Shown one piece after another: positions 43,563 to 51,586 of a stretch of 64,000 nt of DNA. The stretch comes from an uncultured Chloroflexia bacterium (lineage in GTDB: Bacteria; Chloroflexota; Limnocylindria; Limnocylindrales; CSP1-4), in NCBI GenBank assembly GCA_963727585.1, contig CAVSHH010000008.1, forward strand, positions 112,411 through 176,410, given 5' to 3'. Numbering within the stretch: position 1 is the stretch's first letter; each line of letters starts with the position of its first letter. The translations under genes and the position numbers were made by a program. Under the pieces are notes generated by a model, which searched no databases, had not been told where the DNA came from, and saw only the letters and a list, made by a program, of their open reading frames with translations.

Positions 43563-44461
43563 CACTTCGCCTCCGTGAGCCAGTCGGTGTCCGGGCCGGT
43601 GGGCCCCGCGGCCTCGGCCCGGGCCGAGGAGAACCTGCCCTTGCCGGCGACTCGGGCGGGGCCGGGCGGTGCCGTCGCCCCCGTCTCCGCGCGCCGTGTC
43701 GCCACGTCCTGCGTCGACCGGTAGAAGCCGGCAAGCGCCTCGTTGAACAGGGCCGGCTTCTTGAGCATGACCTCGTGGCCGCAGTCCGGCGCGACGAACA
43801 GGCGGGCGTCCGGCAGCTGGCGCTTGAGCCGGTTGGCGTGGTCCACGGGGACGAACGGGTCGCGATCGCCGACGGCGACCAGGACCGGGCAATCGATGCG
43901 CACGAGCTCGTCAGGACCATGGAGCGGCTGGGTGGCCACGTCGGTCGAGATGGCGGGCAGGAGCCGCTGCCAGGCACCGTCGCCCTGGACAGGGTCGTGA
44001 CGCCGCGCGAGCTCGTCGGCCCAGGCCGGGTCGTGGGCGAGGATCCGCTGTGGATCGAACAGGCGGCGGGCGACGGAGGCTCGTGGCTCGCGATCCTGCG
44101 AGATCCCGACCAGCACCAGCGTCCGCAGACGCTCCGGGGCCCGGACGGCCACCCCGAGGGCGATGGCGGCTCCCATCGAGAACCCCATCAGGTGGAAGGT
44201 CGTGAGACCCATGGAGTCGACGAACGCAAGCACGTCGTCCATGAGCCGCGTGCAGGAGAAGCCGTCCCGCACGTCCCAGCGGGTGCTCCCGTGCCCGCGC
44301 GCATCGGGGACATAGCAGTGGAATGCCTTGGCGAACAGCGGCAGCTGCGGTCCGAAGTCCTCGCGCCCCGACGAGCTGGCCCCGTGGAGCATGAGCAGCG
44401 GAGGCCCGGCACCCCGGACCTCGTAGTCGATGTCGATGCCGTTCGCGCGCAACCGGGGCAT
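43562..44461 (-). CDS. alpha/beta hydrolase
   Basis: Start MPRLRANGIDIDYEV at 44461. It contains LLMLHGASSS and the nucleophile elbow GFSMGA. The late His lies in CGHEVM. Confidence 0.88.
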   Translation of the reverse strand: MPRLRANGIDIDYEVRGAGPPLLMLHGASSSGREDFGPQLPLFAKAFHCYVPDARGHGSTRWDVRDGFSCTRLMDDVLAFVDSMGLTTFHLMGFSMGAAIALGVAVRAPERLRTLVLVGISQDREPRASVARRLFDPQRILAHDPAWADELARRHDPVQGDGAWQRLLPAISTDVATQPLHGPDELVRIDCPVLVAVGDRDPFVPVDHANRLKRQLPDARLFVAPDCGHEVMLKKPALFNEALAGFYRSTQDVATRRAETGATAPPGPARVAGKGRFSSARAEAAGPTGPDTDWLTEAK

Positions 44462-44469
44462 GGTCGCCG

Positions 44470-45018
44470 TCAGCCCTCGGGTGACTCGGGCTTGCCCACC
44501 ACGCGGGCGGTCGTCGCCCGCTCGATGCGCAGGTACCGCCGGCGGTGGTACAGGAGCGGCGGCGCGGTCGGCTCGTCGAGCTCGAGCGACCCGACCCGCC
44601 CGACGTACAGGTAATGGTCGCCGACCTCGAACCGGTCGATGACCTCGCACTCGAGGCTGGCGATCGCTCCGTCCAGGAGCGGCACCCCGGTCTCGCCCGG
44701 ACGCCAGGCGGCGCCGCAGAACGCGTCACGATCGGGCGTGACGGCGGCTCCCGCGAAGCAGTCGCTGAGCCACTGCTGGTCCTCGGCCAGGATGTTGACC
44801 GCGTAGCGGCGCGCGGCGTCGATGGTGGGCACGATGAACCGCTTGCGATCGAGGGCGACCACGATGGTGGCCGGGTCGAGGCTCACCGAGGTCAGCGCGT
44901 TGACCGTGATCCCCTGGGGCCGGCCGTCGTCGATTGCCGTGACCACGGTGACCCCGGTCGCGAACTGGCCCATCACGGTCCGGAAGTCGGCGGTCGAGAC
45001 GTTCACGAGGAAGAGCAT
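44470..45018 (-). CDS. flavin reductase family protein (HpaC-like)
   Basis: Start MLFLVNV at 45018. It contains FRTVMGQFATGVTVVT, NALTSVSLDP and GDHYLYVG. Length 182 aa. Confidence 0.88.
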   Translation of the reverse strand: MLFLVNVSTADFRTVMGQFATGVTVVTAIDDGRPQGITVNALTSVSLDPATIVVALDRKRFIVPTIDAARRYAVNILAEDQQWLSDCFAGAAVTPDRDAFCGAAWRPGETGVPLLDGAIASLECEVIDRFEVGDHYLYVGRVGSLELDEPTAPPLLYHRRRYLRIERATTARVVGKPESPEG

Positions 45019-45084
45019 ACGAGGCGCGGCTCGGTCCGCGTGGCATGCTGGCGGGTGGCAGGTCGTTTCAGCGAGGAGGGTCCG

Positions 45085-47088
45085 GTGGACATTCAGGCAG
45101 ACCCGCGGTACCGGGAGATCGGCGACCGGGTTCGAGCGATGCTGGCGCCCGGCCTGGGGCAGCCGTCCAGCTTCCAGGACGTGGAGCTGTCGCCCGATGG
45201 GCGCCGCCTGGCGGCCGTGTGCCGGATCGCCGACACCCTCGAGGGTGAGGCCCGCTCGGAGCTCTGGCTGTTCGAACTGGACGCGTCGACCCACCGGTCC
45301 CTCACGGCGGCCGACGGCAACGCCGCCTCGCCGCGGTGGCTACCGGACAGCAGCGCGATCGCGTTCCTCGCCGACCACGGTCACCGGCATCGGATGACCC
45401 CCTGGATCGCGACCATCGAGGCGGGCGAGGAGCCACGCCTGCGCGAGCTCGACTCCCCGCCCGGCGTCGCGGAGCACGTCCGCGTGTCGCCTGACGGCAC
45501 CCGGCTCGCCGTGCTCATGGCGGGCGACGCGGCCGAGCAGGCGGACGGCCTGGGATCCGGCACCGTGGGCCAGGGCCTGGAGCGCGAGCGTCCCGACTGG
45601 TTCCCGCTGGTCGAGACAGCCGACGCCGGCGACACCGGGCGCAGCGCGTGGGTCCTGGACCTCGCGAGCAGCGGGACGCGGCAGGTCTCGCCGGACGGCC
45701 TGAACGTCTGGGAGGCGGGCTGGCTGGGCGACGAGGCGCTGGTCGCGGTGGTCAGCGACGACCCGGCCGAGGACGCCTGGTACCGGACGCGGCTGGTCCG
45801 GCTGGATGCCGCCCGGGATGGCCAAGAGGGCGGCCTGCCGGAGCCCGTCCTCCTGTACCAGCCCGAGTGGCAGCTCCAGTTCGCGGAGGGCTCGCCCGAC
45901 GGCTCCCGGGTCGCCGTGATCGAGGCGGTGGCGAGCGACCGGTACTTCGCCCAGGGCGACATCGTGATCTGCTCGGCGGATGGATCGGGCGCTCGATCGC
46001 CGGGCTGGCTGGGCGCCGACCTGTCGATCGTCCGCTGGGACGGACCGGACGCGCTGGTGGCGGCCGGCGCGGCCGGCTTCGAGCAGGTCGTCATGCGCCT
46101 CGCGGCCGATGGCGATCCCCGGCCGACCAAGCTCCTGCGCACCGCGGGCCAGATGCGCCTGCCGTTCGGGGGGATGTCGACCGGGGGCGGCCGGGTCGCG
46201 ATCTCGCTCACGGGCCCCGACCGGCCGGAACGCCTGTCGCTCGTCGAGGACGGGGCGGAGCGACCCCTGCTGCGCACCGACCACGCCGGTCACGAGCTGA
46301 TCCGCGCGGCGATCGCCGGACAGCGGATCGAGACATGGTCGGCACCCGACGGCACCCGCATCGAGGGTCTTCTCGTGCTTCCCCACGGCGAGCCGCCGTT
46401 CGCCACGGTGCTCTGGATTCACGGCGGACCGGTAGGTGCGGCGGGCGGCGCATTCCTGTCCGCCTCGGTGGCATCCCTGGTGGACGCCGGGTACGCGATC
46501 GTGTTTCCCAATCCTCGGGGCTCGACGGGTCGCGGCCGTGCCTTCGCCGCGGCCGTGGTGGGTGACATGGGCGGCCCGTTCGACACCGGTGACCTGCTCG
46601 CAGCCATGGACCACCTCGTCGGCATCGGCGTGGCAGACCCGGACCGCCTCGTCTGCGCAGGCGGCAGCTATGGCGGGTACATGTCCGCGCTGCTGCCCGC
46701 GATCGATGAGCGGTTCGCCGCCGCGTTCGTCGCGTCGCCCCTGACGGACCTGATCTCGTCCTACTACGGTTCGAGCCTGACCTGGTTCGTCGACGCCTTT
46801 GTCGGCGGCCGGCCGGACGTGGTGCCCGACCGCTACCTCGCTCGGTCGCCGGTGTTCGCCGGGGCGGCCCTCCGCACCCCCAGCCTGATCACGGCGGGCG
46901 CTCGAGATCGGGCGACACCGGTCGGCCAGGCGGTGGAGCACTTCCGGGCGCTCCGGGAGCAGGGCACGCCCGCCGAGCTGGTGGTCTACCCCAAGGAAGG
47001 ACACGGGGTCGAGGCGATCGATGCCGCGCTGGACTGGACCGCGCGCATGGTGATGTGGCTGGAGCGGTTCGCGCCTCCGCGTCGCTGA
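45085..47088 (+). CDS. S9 family (prolyl oligopeptidase/acylaminoacyl peptidase-like) serine peptidase
   Basis: GTG at 45085 after GAGGAGGG. It has an N-terminal beta-propeller-like region (SPDGRRLA, SPDGTRLA, SPDGSRVA). The catalytic domain carries GGSYGGYM. The start lies inside the longer ORF 44545-47088. Confidence 0.9.
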   Translation: MDIQADPRYREIGDRVRAMLAPGLGQPSSFQDVELSPDGRRLAAVCRIADTLEGEARSELWLFELDASTHRSLTAADGNAASPRWLPDSSAIAFLADHGHRHRMTPWIATIEAGEEPRLRELDSPPGVAEHVRVSPDGTRLAVLMAGDAAEQADGLGSGTVGQGLERERPDWFPLVETADAGDTGRSAWVLDLASSGTRQVSPDGLNVWEAGWLGDEALVAVVSDDPAEDAWYRTRLVRLDAARDGQEGGLPEPVLLYQPEWQLQFAEGSPDGSRVAVIEAVASDRYFAQGDIVICSADGSGARSPGWLGADLSIVRWDGPDALVAAGAAGFEQVVMRLAADGDPRPTKLLRTAGQMRLPFGGMSTGGGRVAISLTGPDRPERLSLVEDGAERPLLRTDHAGHELIRAAIAGQRIETWSAPDGTRIEGLLVLPHGEPPFATVLWIHGGPVGAAGGAFLSASVASLVDAGYAIVFPNPRGSTGRGRAFAAAVVGDMGGPFDTGDLLAAMDHLVGIGVADPDRLVCAGGSYGGYMSALLPAIDERFAAAFVASPLTDLISSYYGSSLTWFVDAFVGGRPDVVPDRYLARSPVFAGAALRTPSLITAGARDRATPVGQAVEHFRALREQGTPAELVVYPKEGHGVEAIDAALDWTARMVMWLERFAPPRR

Positions 47089-47117
47089 TCGAGGCTGCCG
47101 GAGGCCTCGGACGGGAC

Positions 47118-47123
47118 TACCAT
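47118..47123 (+). promoter_or_regulatory. candidate -10 hexamer TACCAT for a leaderless fumC transcript
   Basis: A TANNNT hexamer ends 7 nt before the fumC ATG (47131). There is no Shine-Dalgarno in the 42-nt intergenic gap. Confidence 0.3.
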
Positions 47124-47130
47124 CGTCGTC

Positions 47131-48546
47131 ATGAGCAGCGACACGACCCCGTCCGCGGCGACCCGGATCGAGCGGGACTCCATGGGTGAGATGGAGGTCC
47201 CCGGGGACGCCCTCTACGGCGCCTCCACCCAGCGCGCCGTCCTCAACTTCCCGATCAGCGGCACCCGCCTGCCGCGCCGCTTCCTGCGTGCCCTGGCGCT
47301 GGTCAAGCTGGCGGCAGCCGAGACCAACCAGGCACTGGGCCTGCTCGACGCCCCCAAGGCCCAGGCGATCGCGGCCGCCGCGCACGAGGTGGCCGAGGGC
47401 GGCTACGACGACCACTTCCCGATCGACGTCTACCAGACCGGATCGGGCACCTCGACCAACACCAACATGAACGAGGTGATCAGCCACCTCGCCAGCGCGC
47501 GGCTGGACGGGGCGAAGGTCCATCCCAACGACGACGTCAACAAGTGCCAGTCCAGCAACGACACGATCCCCACCGCGCTCCAGCTGTCGGGCGCCATCGC
47601 GATCGAGGACGAGCTGATCCCGGCCCTGATCGAGCTGCAGGCGGCGCTGGCCGCCAGGTCGGACGAGTTCTGGAACGTCGTCAAGACCGGCCGGACACAT
47701 CTCCAGGACGCCACGCCGATCCGGCTCGGCCAGGAGTTTGCCGGCTACGCGGGCCAGGTGGAGGAGGCGATCCGCCGCGCCCAGGCCGCCCGCGACGAGC
47801 TGCTGGTCGTGCCCCTGGGCGGGACCGCGGTCGGGACGGGCATCAATGCCCACCCCGAGTACGCGGCGCGCGCGTGCGGCCACCTCTCGGAGATGACCGG
47901 GCTGCTCGTCCGCGAGGCGCCCAACCACTTCCACGCCCAGGCCACGCTCGATGCGTCCATCGCCGCGCATGGCGGGCTCAAGGCGGTCGCCCTCGGGCTG
48001 TGGAAGATCGCCAGCGACATCCGGCTGATGGGCATGGGTCCCCGCGCCGGCATCGCCGAGCTCGCGCTGCCCGAGACGCAGCCGGGCTCCTCGATCATGC
48101 CGGGCAAGGTGAACCCGGTGATCGTCGAGAGCCTGACCATGGTCGTGGCCCGTGTCGTCGGCAACGACGCCACCGTGGCCTTCGGGCAGACCGGGTCGTT
48201 CCTCGAGCTCAACGTGATGCTCCCGGTCACCGCCGTCGCCCTGCTGGAGTCGATCACGCTGCTCGCGGCGTCGGCGCGCAACTTCAAGGTCAGGCTCGTC
48301 GACGGGCTCAAGGCCACCGACCGCGGCCCCCAGCTCGTGGAGCGGGGGCTGATGCTGGCCACCGCGCTGGCACCCGAGATCGGCTACGACGCGGCCGCGG
48401 CGATGGCCAAGGAGGGCTTCAAGACCGGGCGCACGATTCGCGAGCTGGCCCTCGAGCAGGGCATCCCCGCCGACCGGCTGGACGAGCTGCTCGATCCGGC
48501 CAAGATGACCGAGCCCGGGCTGGGCGGCGGACCGGGCGGGGGCTAG
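47131..48546 (+). CDS. fumC: class II fumarate hydratase
   Basis: 471 aa. It carries the signature GSSIMPGKVNP. It also contains YGASTQRA and TGRTHLQDATP. Confidence 0.97.
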   Translation: MSSDTTPSAATRIERDSMGEMEVPGDALYGASTQRAVLNFPISGTRLPRRFLRALALVKLAAAETNQALGLLDAPKAQAIAAAAHEVAEGGYDDHFPIDVYQTGSGTSTNTNMNEVISHLASARLDGAKVHPNDDVNKCQSSNDTIPTALQLSGAIAIEDELIPALIELQAALAARSDEFWNVVKTGRTHLQDATPIRLGQEFAGYAGQVEEAIRRAQAARDELLVVPLGGTAVGTGINAHPEYAARACGHLSEMTGLLVREAPNHFHAQATLDASIAAHGGLKAVALGLWKIASDIRLMGMGPRAGIAELALPETQPGSSIMPGKVNPVIVESLTMVVARVVGNDATVAFGQTGSFLELNVMLPVTAVALLESITLLAASARNFKVRLVDGLKATDRGPQLVERGLMLATALAPEIGYDAAAAMAKEGFKTGRTIRELALEQGIPADRLDELLDPAKMTEPGLGGGPGGG

Positions 48547-48563
48547 GCGGGCCGTCGGCCCGC
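48547..48563 (+). terminator. hairpin immediately after fumC
   Basis: Perfect 7-bp stem GCGGGCC/GGCCCGC with a 3-nt loop, starting 1 nt after the stop. A second stem GGCGCGG/CCGCGCC (48564-48588) follows. There is no U-tract. Confidence 0.35.
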
Positions 48564-48575
48564 GGCGCGGGCGGT

Positions 48576-48581
48576 TACAAT
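48576..48581 (+). promoter_or_regulatory. candidate -10 hexamer TACAAT for a leaderless transcript of the 48589 gene
   Basis: TACAAT ends 7 nt before the ATG at 48589, and there is no Shine-Dalgarno. Confidence 0.3.
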
Positions 48582-48588
48582 CCGCGCC

Positions 48589-49368
48589 ATGTCCGCCACC
48601 CGTGCCTGGGACCGCGCCGCGTCCCTCCCCGTCCCCGTGTCCGGCCAGGTCCGCCCGGAGATCGCGGCGCTGGGCGCCGAGCTGCCGTCGGTCCCGGACC
48701 TGTTCACGTTCATGCGCGATGCCGAGCGCCGGTTCGAGACGCTCCGGATGCGGATCGAGGAGCGCACCCTGACCGCCCGCGGCATGGAGCTCGGCGTCGT
48801 GGACGTCACCCTGCGCCATCCCGGCCAGGCCAAGGTGCTCAGCTCGTGGCCCGACCAGGGCATGGATGCCTACGAGCTGTGGCTGACGGACGGCACCCTT
48901 GTGCGCACGTTCGTGGCAGCGCGCCGGACCGGCACGCGCCGCCTGGTGCGGCCATCGGTGCGCGGCACGGACGGTCCGGACCTGCCCGGCTCGTCACGCG
49001 TGTACCGGCCCCTGACAGCGTTCCAGGCGGAGTCGCTCCCGGAGCTGTTCATCCACCCTGCCGGCTACTGCCAGAACGTGCTCGCCACCGGCGTCTGCCG
49101 CATCGCCGGGATGACGGCGGTCGCCGGGCGCGAGGCGATCGTGCTGGAGTGTGATCACCCGCGGACGATCGAGGTGGCCGCGGACCGCCCGGACTTCACG
49201 GTGCGGATCGCGGTCGACCGGCTGGACGGCGTGATCCTGCGGCTCGAGGAGTCGATCGCGGGCGGGGTGACGCGGGAGGCAGTGGTGACCAGCTACCAGC
49301 CCGACGCCCCGCTGCCGCCGGCCGCGTTCGAGTTCGAGTTCCCGGCGGGGACCACGTTCATCTACTAG
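48589..49368 (+). CDS. hypothetical protein
   Basis: 259-aa ORF with coding-type codon bias and a non-junk composition. It ends FEFEFPAGTTFIY, which is reminiscent of LolA/RseB-like folds. I cannot support any family assignment. Confidence 0.6.
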   Translation: MSATRAWDRAASLPVPVSGQVRPEIAALGAELPSVPDLFTFMRDAERRFETLRMRIEERTLTARGMELGVVDVTLRHPGQAKVLSSWPDQGMDAYELWLTDGTLVRTFVAARRTGTRRLVRPSVRGTDGPDLPGSSRVYRPLTAFQAESLPELFIHPAGYCQNVLATGVCRIAGMTAVAGREAIVLECDHPRTIEVAADRPDFTVRIAVDRLDGVILRLEESIAGGVTREAVVTSYQPDAPLPPAAFEFEFPAGTTFIY

Positions 49369-49461
49369 CGGGCCGCTCCACCGCGGATCCCGCTGGGCGG
49401 GAGGGCTTCCGCTAGTCTGTCGGAACGCGGCGAACCGACTACAGCCCGAGGAGCCCGCATC

Positions 49462-50391
49462 GTGAGCCAGGAACAGGAAACCCCCGAGGAGGCTGCCATC
49501 CGCATCGCGGAGGAAGCGGCCGCCCTCGCCGATGCACCGGTCAAGGACGACCATGACAAGGCGCCGCCGGTCGAAGGCGAGCCGGTCGACGCCCGGGACC
49601 GGCGGGTCGCCATCGGGGTCGACGTCGGCGGCAGCGGGATCAAGGCTTCGGCCGTCGACCTCGACACGGGCGAGCTGATCGGACTGCGTCACCGGGTGCC
49701 CACGCCCCAGCCGTCCACGCCGGCGGCCGTCTGCGCCTCGATCGCCCGGATGATCCGGAAGATCGCGAAAGAGGTGCGGCTGCCCGAGGCTGCCCCGGTC
49801 GGGGTGGGCTTCCCGGCAGTGGTGGTCGACGGGATCACCCGGAGCGCCGCCAACGTGGATGCGGGATGGGTGGACTTCGACGCCGACACGGCACTGGAGC
49901 AGGTGCTCAACCGGCCGGTCCACCTGGTCAACGACGCCGACGCGGCCGGTGTGGCCGAGATGCGGTTCGGGGTCGGCCGGGGCGAGCGCGGCACGGTGTT
50001 CCTGATCACCCTCGGCACCGGGACCGGGTCGGCGCTGTTCTACAACGGGATGCTGGTTCCCAACCTCGAGCTGGGGCACATGGAGATCCGGGGCCGGGAT
50101 GCCGAGCGACGGTCGGCGGCCGCCGCCCGGGTCCGGCGCGGCCTGAGCTGGAAAGCGTGGGCGCAGGATCTCGACGAGCACCTGCTGGCCATCGAACGGC
50201 TGTTCAGCCCCCGCCTGTTCATCATCGGCGGCGGCGTGTCCAAGCGGGCGGACCAATACATCCCGCGGCTGACCGTGAAGGCACGGGTGGTGCCGGCCGA
50301 GCTGCGCAACGACGCCGGGATCGTGGGGGCGGCCATGGCCTCGATGGAGACCGAGGTCCAGAGGATCGAAGCCCCCACGCTGGGCGCCTAG
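49462..50391 (+). CDS. ppgK: polyphosphate glucokinase (ROK family)
   Basis: GTG at 49462 after GAGGAG. It contains [34 protein letters not shown] and LELGHMEI. It lacks the zinc CxCGxxGC motif of other ROK kinases, as PpgK does. Confidence 0.9.
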   Translation: MSQEQETPEEAAIRIAEEAAALADAPVKDDHDKAPPVEGEPVDARDRRVAIGVDVGGSGIKASAVDLDTGELIGLRHRVPTPQPSTPAAVCASIARMIRKIAKEVRLPEAAPVGVGFPAVVVDGITRSAANVDAGWVDFDADTALEQVLNRPVHLVNDADAAGVAEMRFGVGRGERGTVFLITLGTGTGSALFYNGMLVPNLELGHMEIRGRDAERRSAAAARVRRGLSWKAWAQDLDEHLLAIERLFSPRLFIIGGGVSKRADQYIPRLTVKARVVPAELRNDAGIVGAAMASMETEVQRIEAPTLGA

Positions 50392-50457
50392 GACTGCTGG
50401 GGCGCCTGGAGCGCGGGGCGCCCGGGGCCTGGGGCCCGGGGCGGCTCAGCCGGTCCC

Positions 50458-51513
50458 TCAGACCCGGGAGCGCAGGGCGGCGAGCACCTCGGTCGAGCCG
50501 GACGCGATCAGATTCTGGCCCGCCTCGAGCGCCCGGTCCTCGGGCGGGTTCACCTCGTACGCGCCGTCGGGCTGCAGGATCGCGAGGATCACCACGCCGT
50601 CGCGACGCAGCTCGCCGACGGTCACTCCCAGCAGCGGGCCGTCCTCGACGACCTCGACCTCCTCGAGCGAGAAGGACAGGTTGCCGTGCGACAGGGCCGC
50701 ATCGATGAAGTCGGCCACCCGCGGCCGCGTGGCCAGCTCGGCGATCCGCCGCCCGGCCATCGTGTACGGCGACACCACCCGGTTGGCACCGGCCTGGGCC
50801 AGCTTCGCCTCGGCCCCGGCGGCGCTCGCCCGGGCGACGATGAACAGGCCGGGGTTCATCGCCCGCGCCGAGAGCGTCATGTACACGTTGTTCGCGTCGG
50901 AGTCCACGGTCGCGATCAGGCCGCGTGCCCGCTCCACGCCGGCGGCCCGCAGCGTCGCGTCGTCGGTCGCGTCGCCCATCACCACGAGGTGCCCGTCGGC
51001 CGCCGCCCGCTCCAGGGACGACGCCTCGATGTCGATCACGACCACCCGCTGGCCGGTGTGGACCAGGTCCTGGATGACCGTCGAACCCACCCGCCCATAG
51101 CCGCACACGATGTAATGGTCGTGGAGCGACCCCACCGCCTCCTGCATCCGCCTCTCCTCCCGTCGACCGCTCGCCGCCTCGCTGAGGATCGTCTCGGCCA
51201 CGATGCCGATCGACCCGAAGATGATGCCCACTCCCGCCACGGCGAGGATCATCGTCCACAAGCGGTCGCCGAACCCGTTCAGCTCGTGGACCTCGTGGAA
51301 CCCGACCGTGGTGAGCGTGATCACGGTCATGTACAGGGAGTCGTAGACCGTCCACCCGAACAGGACCACGTATCCCAGGGTCCCGATGACCGAGACCGCG
51401 AGCACGGCCAGCACCCAGGTCCGCACGCGGCGGCGCCGCATCGTGTCGGACACGGTGCGGACCGTCCGCTCCAGCGGCCGCGGGGTGAGGTGCGATCGGC
51501 CAGCGGGCTGCAT
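50458..51513 (-). CDS. 2-TM potassium-channel-like protein with RCK (TrkA-N/TrkA-C) domains
   Basis: It has two TM helices and a pore helix with the filter-like TLTTVGFHE. The RCK domain follows, with IVCGYGRVGSTV. The ATG at 51513 is preceded by TACGAT-N6, and an alternative start exists at 51441. Confidence 0.85.
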   Translation of the reverse strand: MQPAGRSHLTPRPLERTVRTVSDTMRRRRVRTWVLAVLAVSVIGTLGYVVLFGWTVYDSLYMTVITLTTVGFHEVHELNGFGDRLWTMILAVAGVGIIFGSIGIVAETILSEAASGRREERRMQEAVGSLHDHYIVCGYGRVGSTVIQDLVHTGQRVVVIDIEASSLERAAADGHLVVMGDATDDATLRAAGVERARGLIATVDSDANNVYMTLSARAMNPGLFIVARASAAGAEAKLAQAGANRVVSPYTMAGRRIAELATRPRVADFIDAALSHGNLSFSLEEVEVVEDGPLLGVTVGELRRDGVVILAILQPDGAYEVNPPEDRALEAGQNLIASGSTEVLAALRSRV

Positions 51514-51519
51514 GGGTTG

Positions 51520-51525
51520 ATCGTA
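51520..51525 (-). promoter_or_regulatory. candidate -10 hexamer TACGAT for a leaderless K-channel transcript
   Basis: On the - strand, TACGAT ends 6 nt before the ATG at 51513. No Shine-Dalgarno is present. Confidence 0.3.
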
Positions 51526-51574
51526 GAGGCCCGCGGCCGTCCCGTTCGGGCGCGGAATCGCCCATCCCGCCCCC

Positions 51575-51580
51575 GATAAT
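51575..51580 (+). promoter_or_regulatory. candidate -10 hexamer GATAAT for a leaderless antiporter transcript
   Basis: GATAAT ends 6 nt before the GTG start at 51587. No Shine-Dalgarno is present. Confidence 0.3.
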
Positions 51581-51586
51581 GGGTTC

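Noticed and set aside
45340-48819. 1159-aa - strand ORF over the S9 peptidase and fumC genes. Similar long ORFs lie at 14695-17553 (+), 23019-25199 (-), 40827-43460 (+), 50222-52777 (-), 61485-63167 (-), 150-1727 (+) and 3054-5258 (+).
   Set aside because: All are antisense or off-frame shadows of well-supported genes. They have low-complexity Arg/Pro/Gly-rich translations, no SD or coupling logic, and each is fully explained by the gene on the other strand or frame.
50392-50457. GC-rich repeats (GGGGCGCC, GGGGCC, GGGGCCC) between ppgK and the K-channel gene as a bidirectional terminator
   Set aside because: Only short, imperfect and partly self-palindromic stems can be drawn, and there is no U-tract. 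The evidence is too weak to list as a feature.
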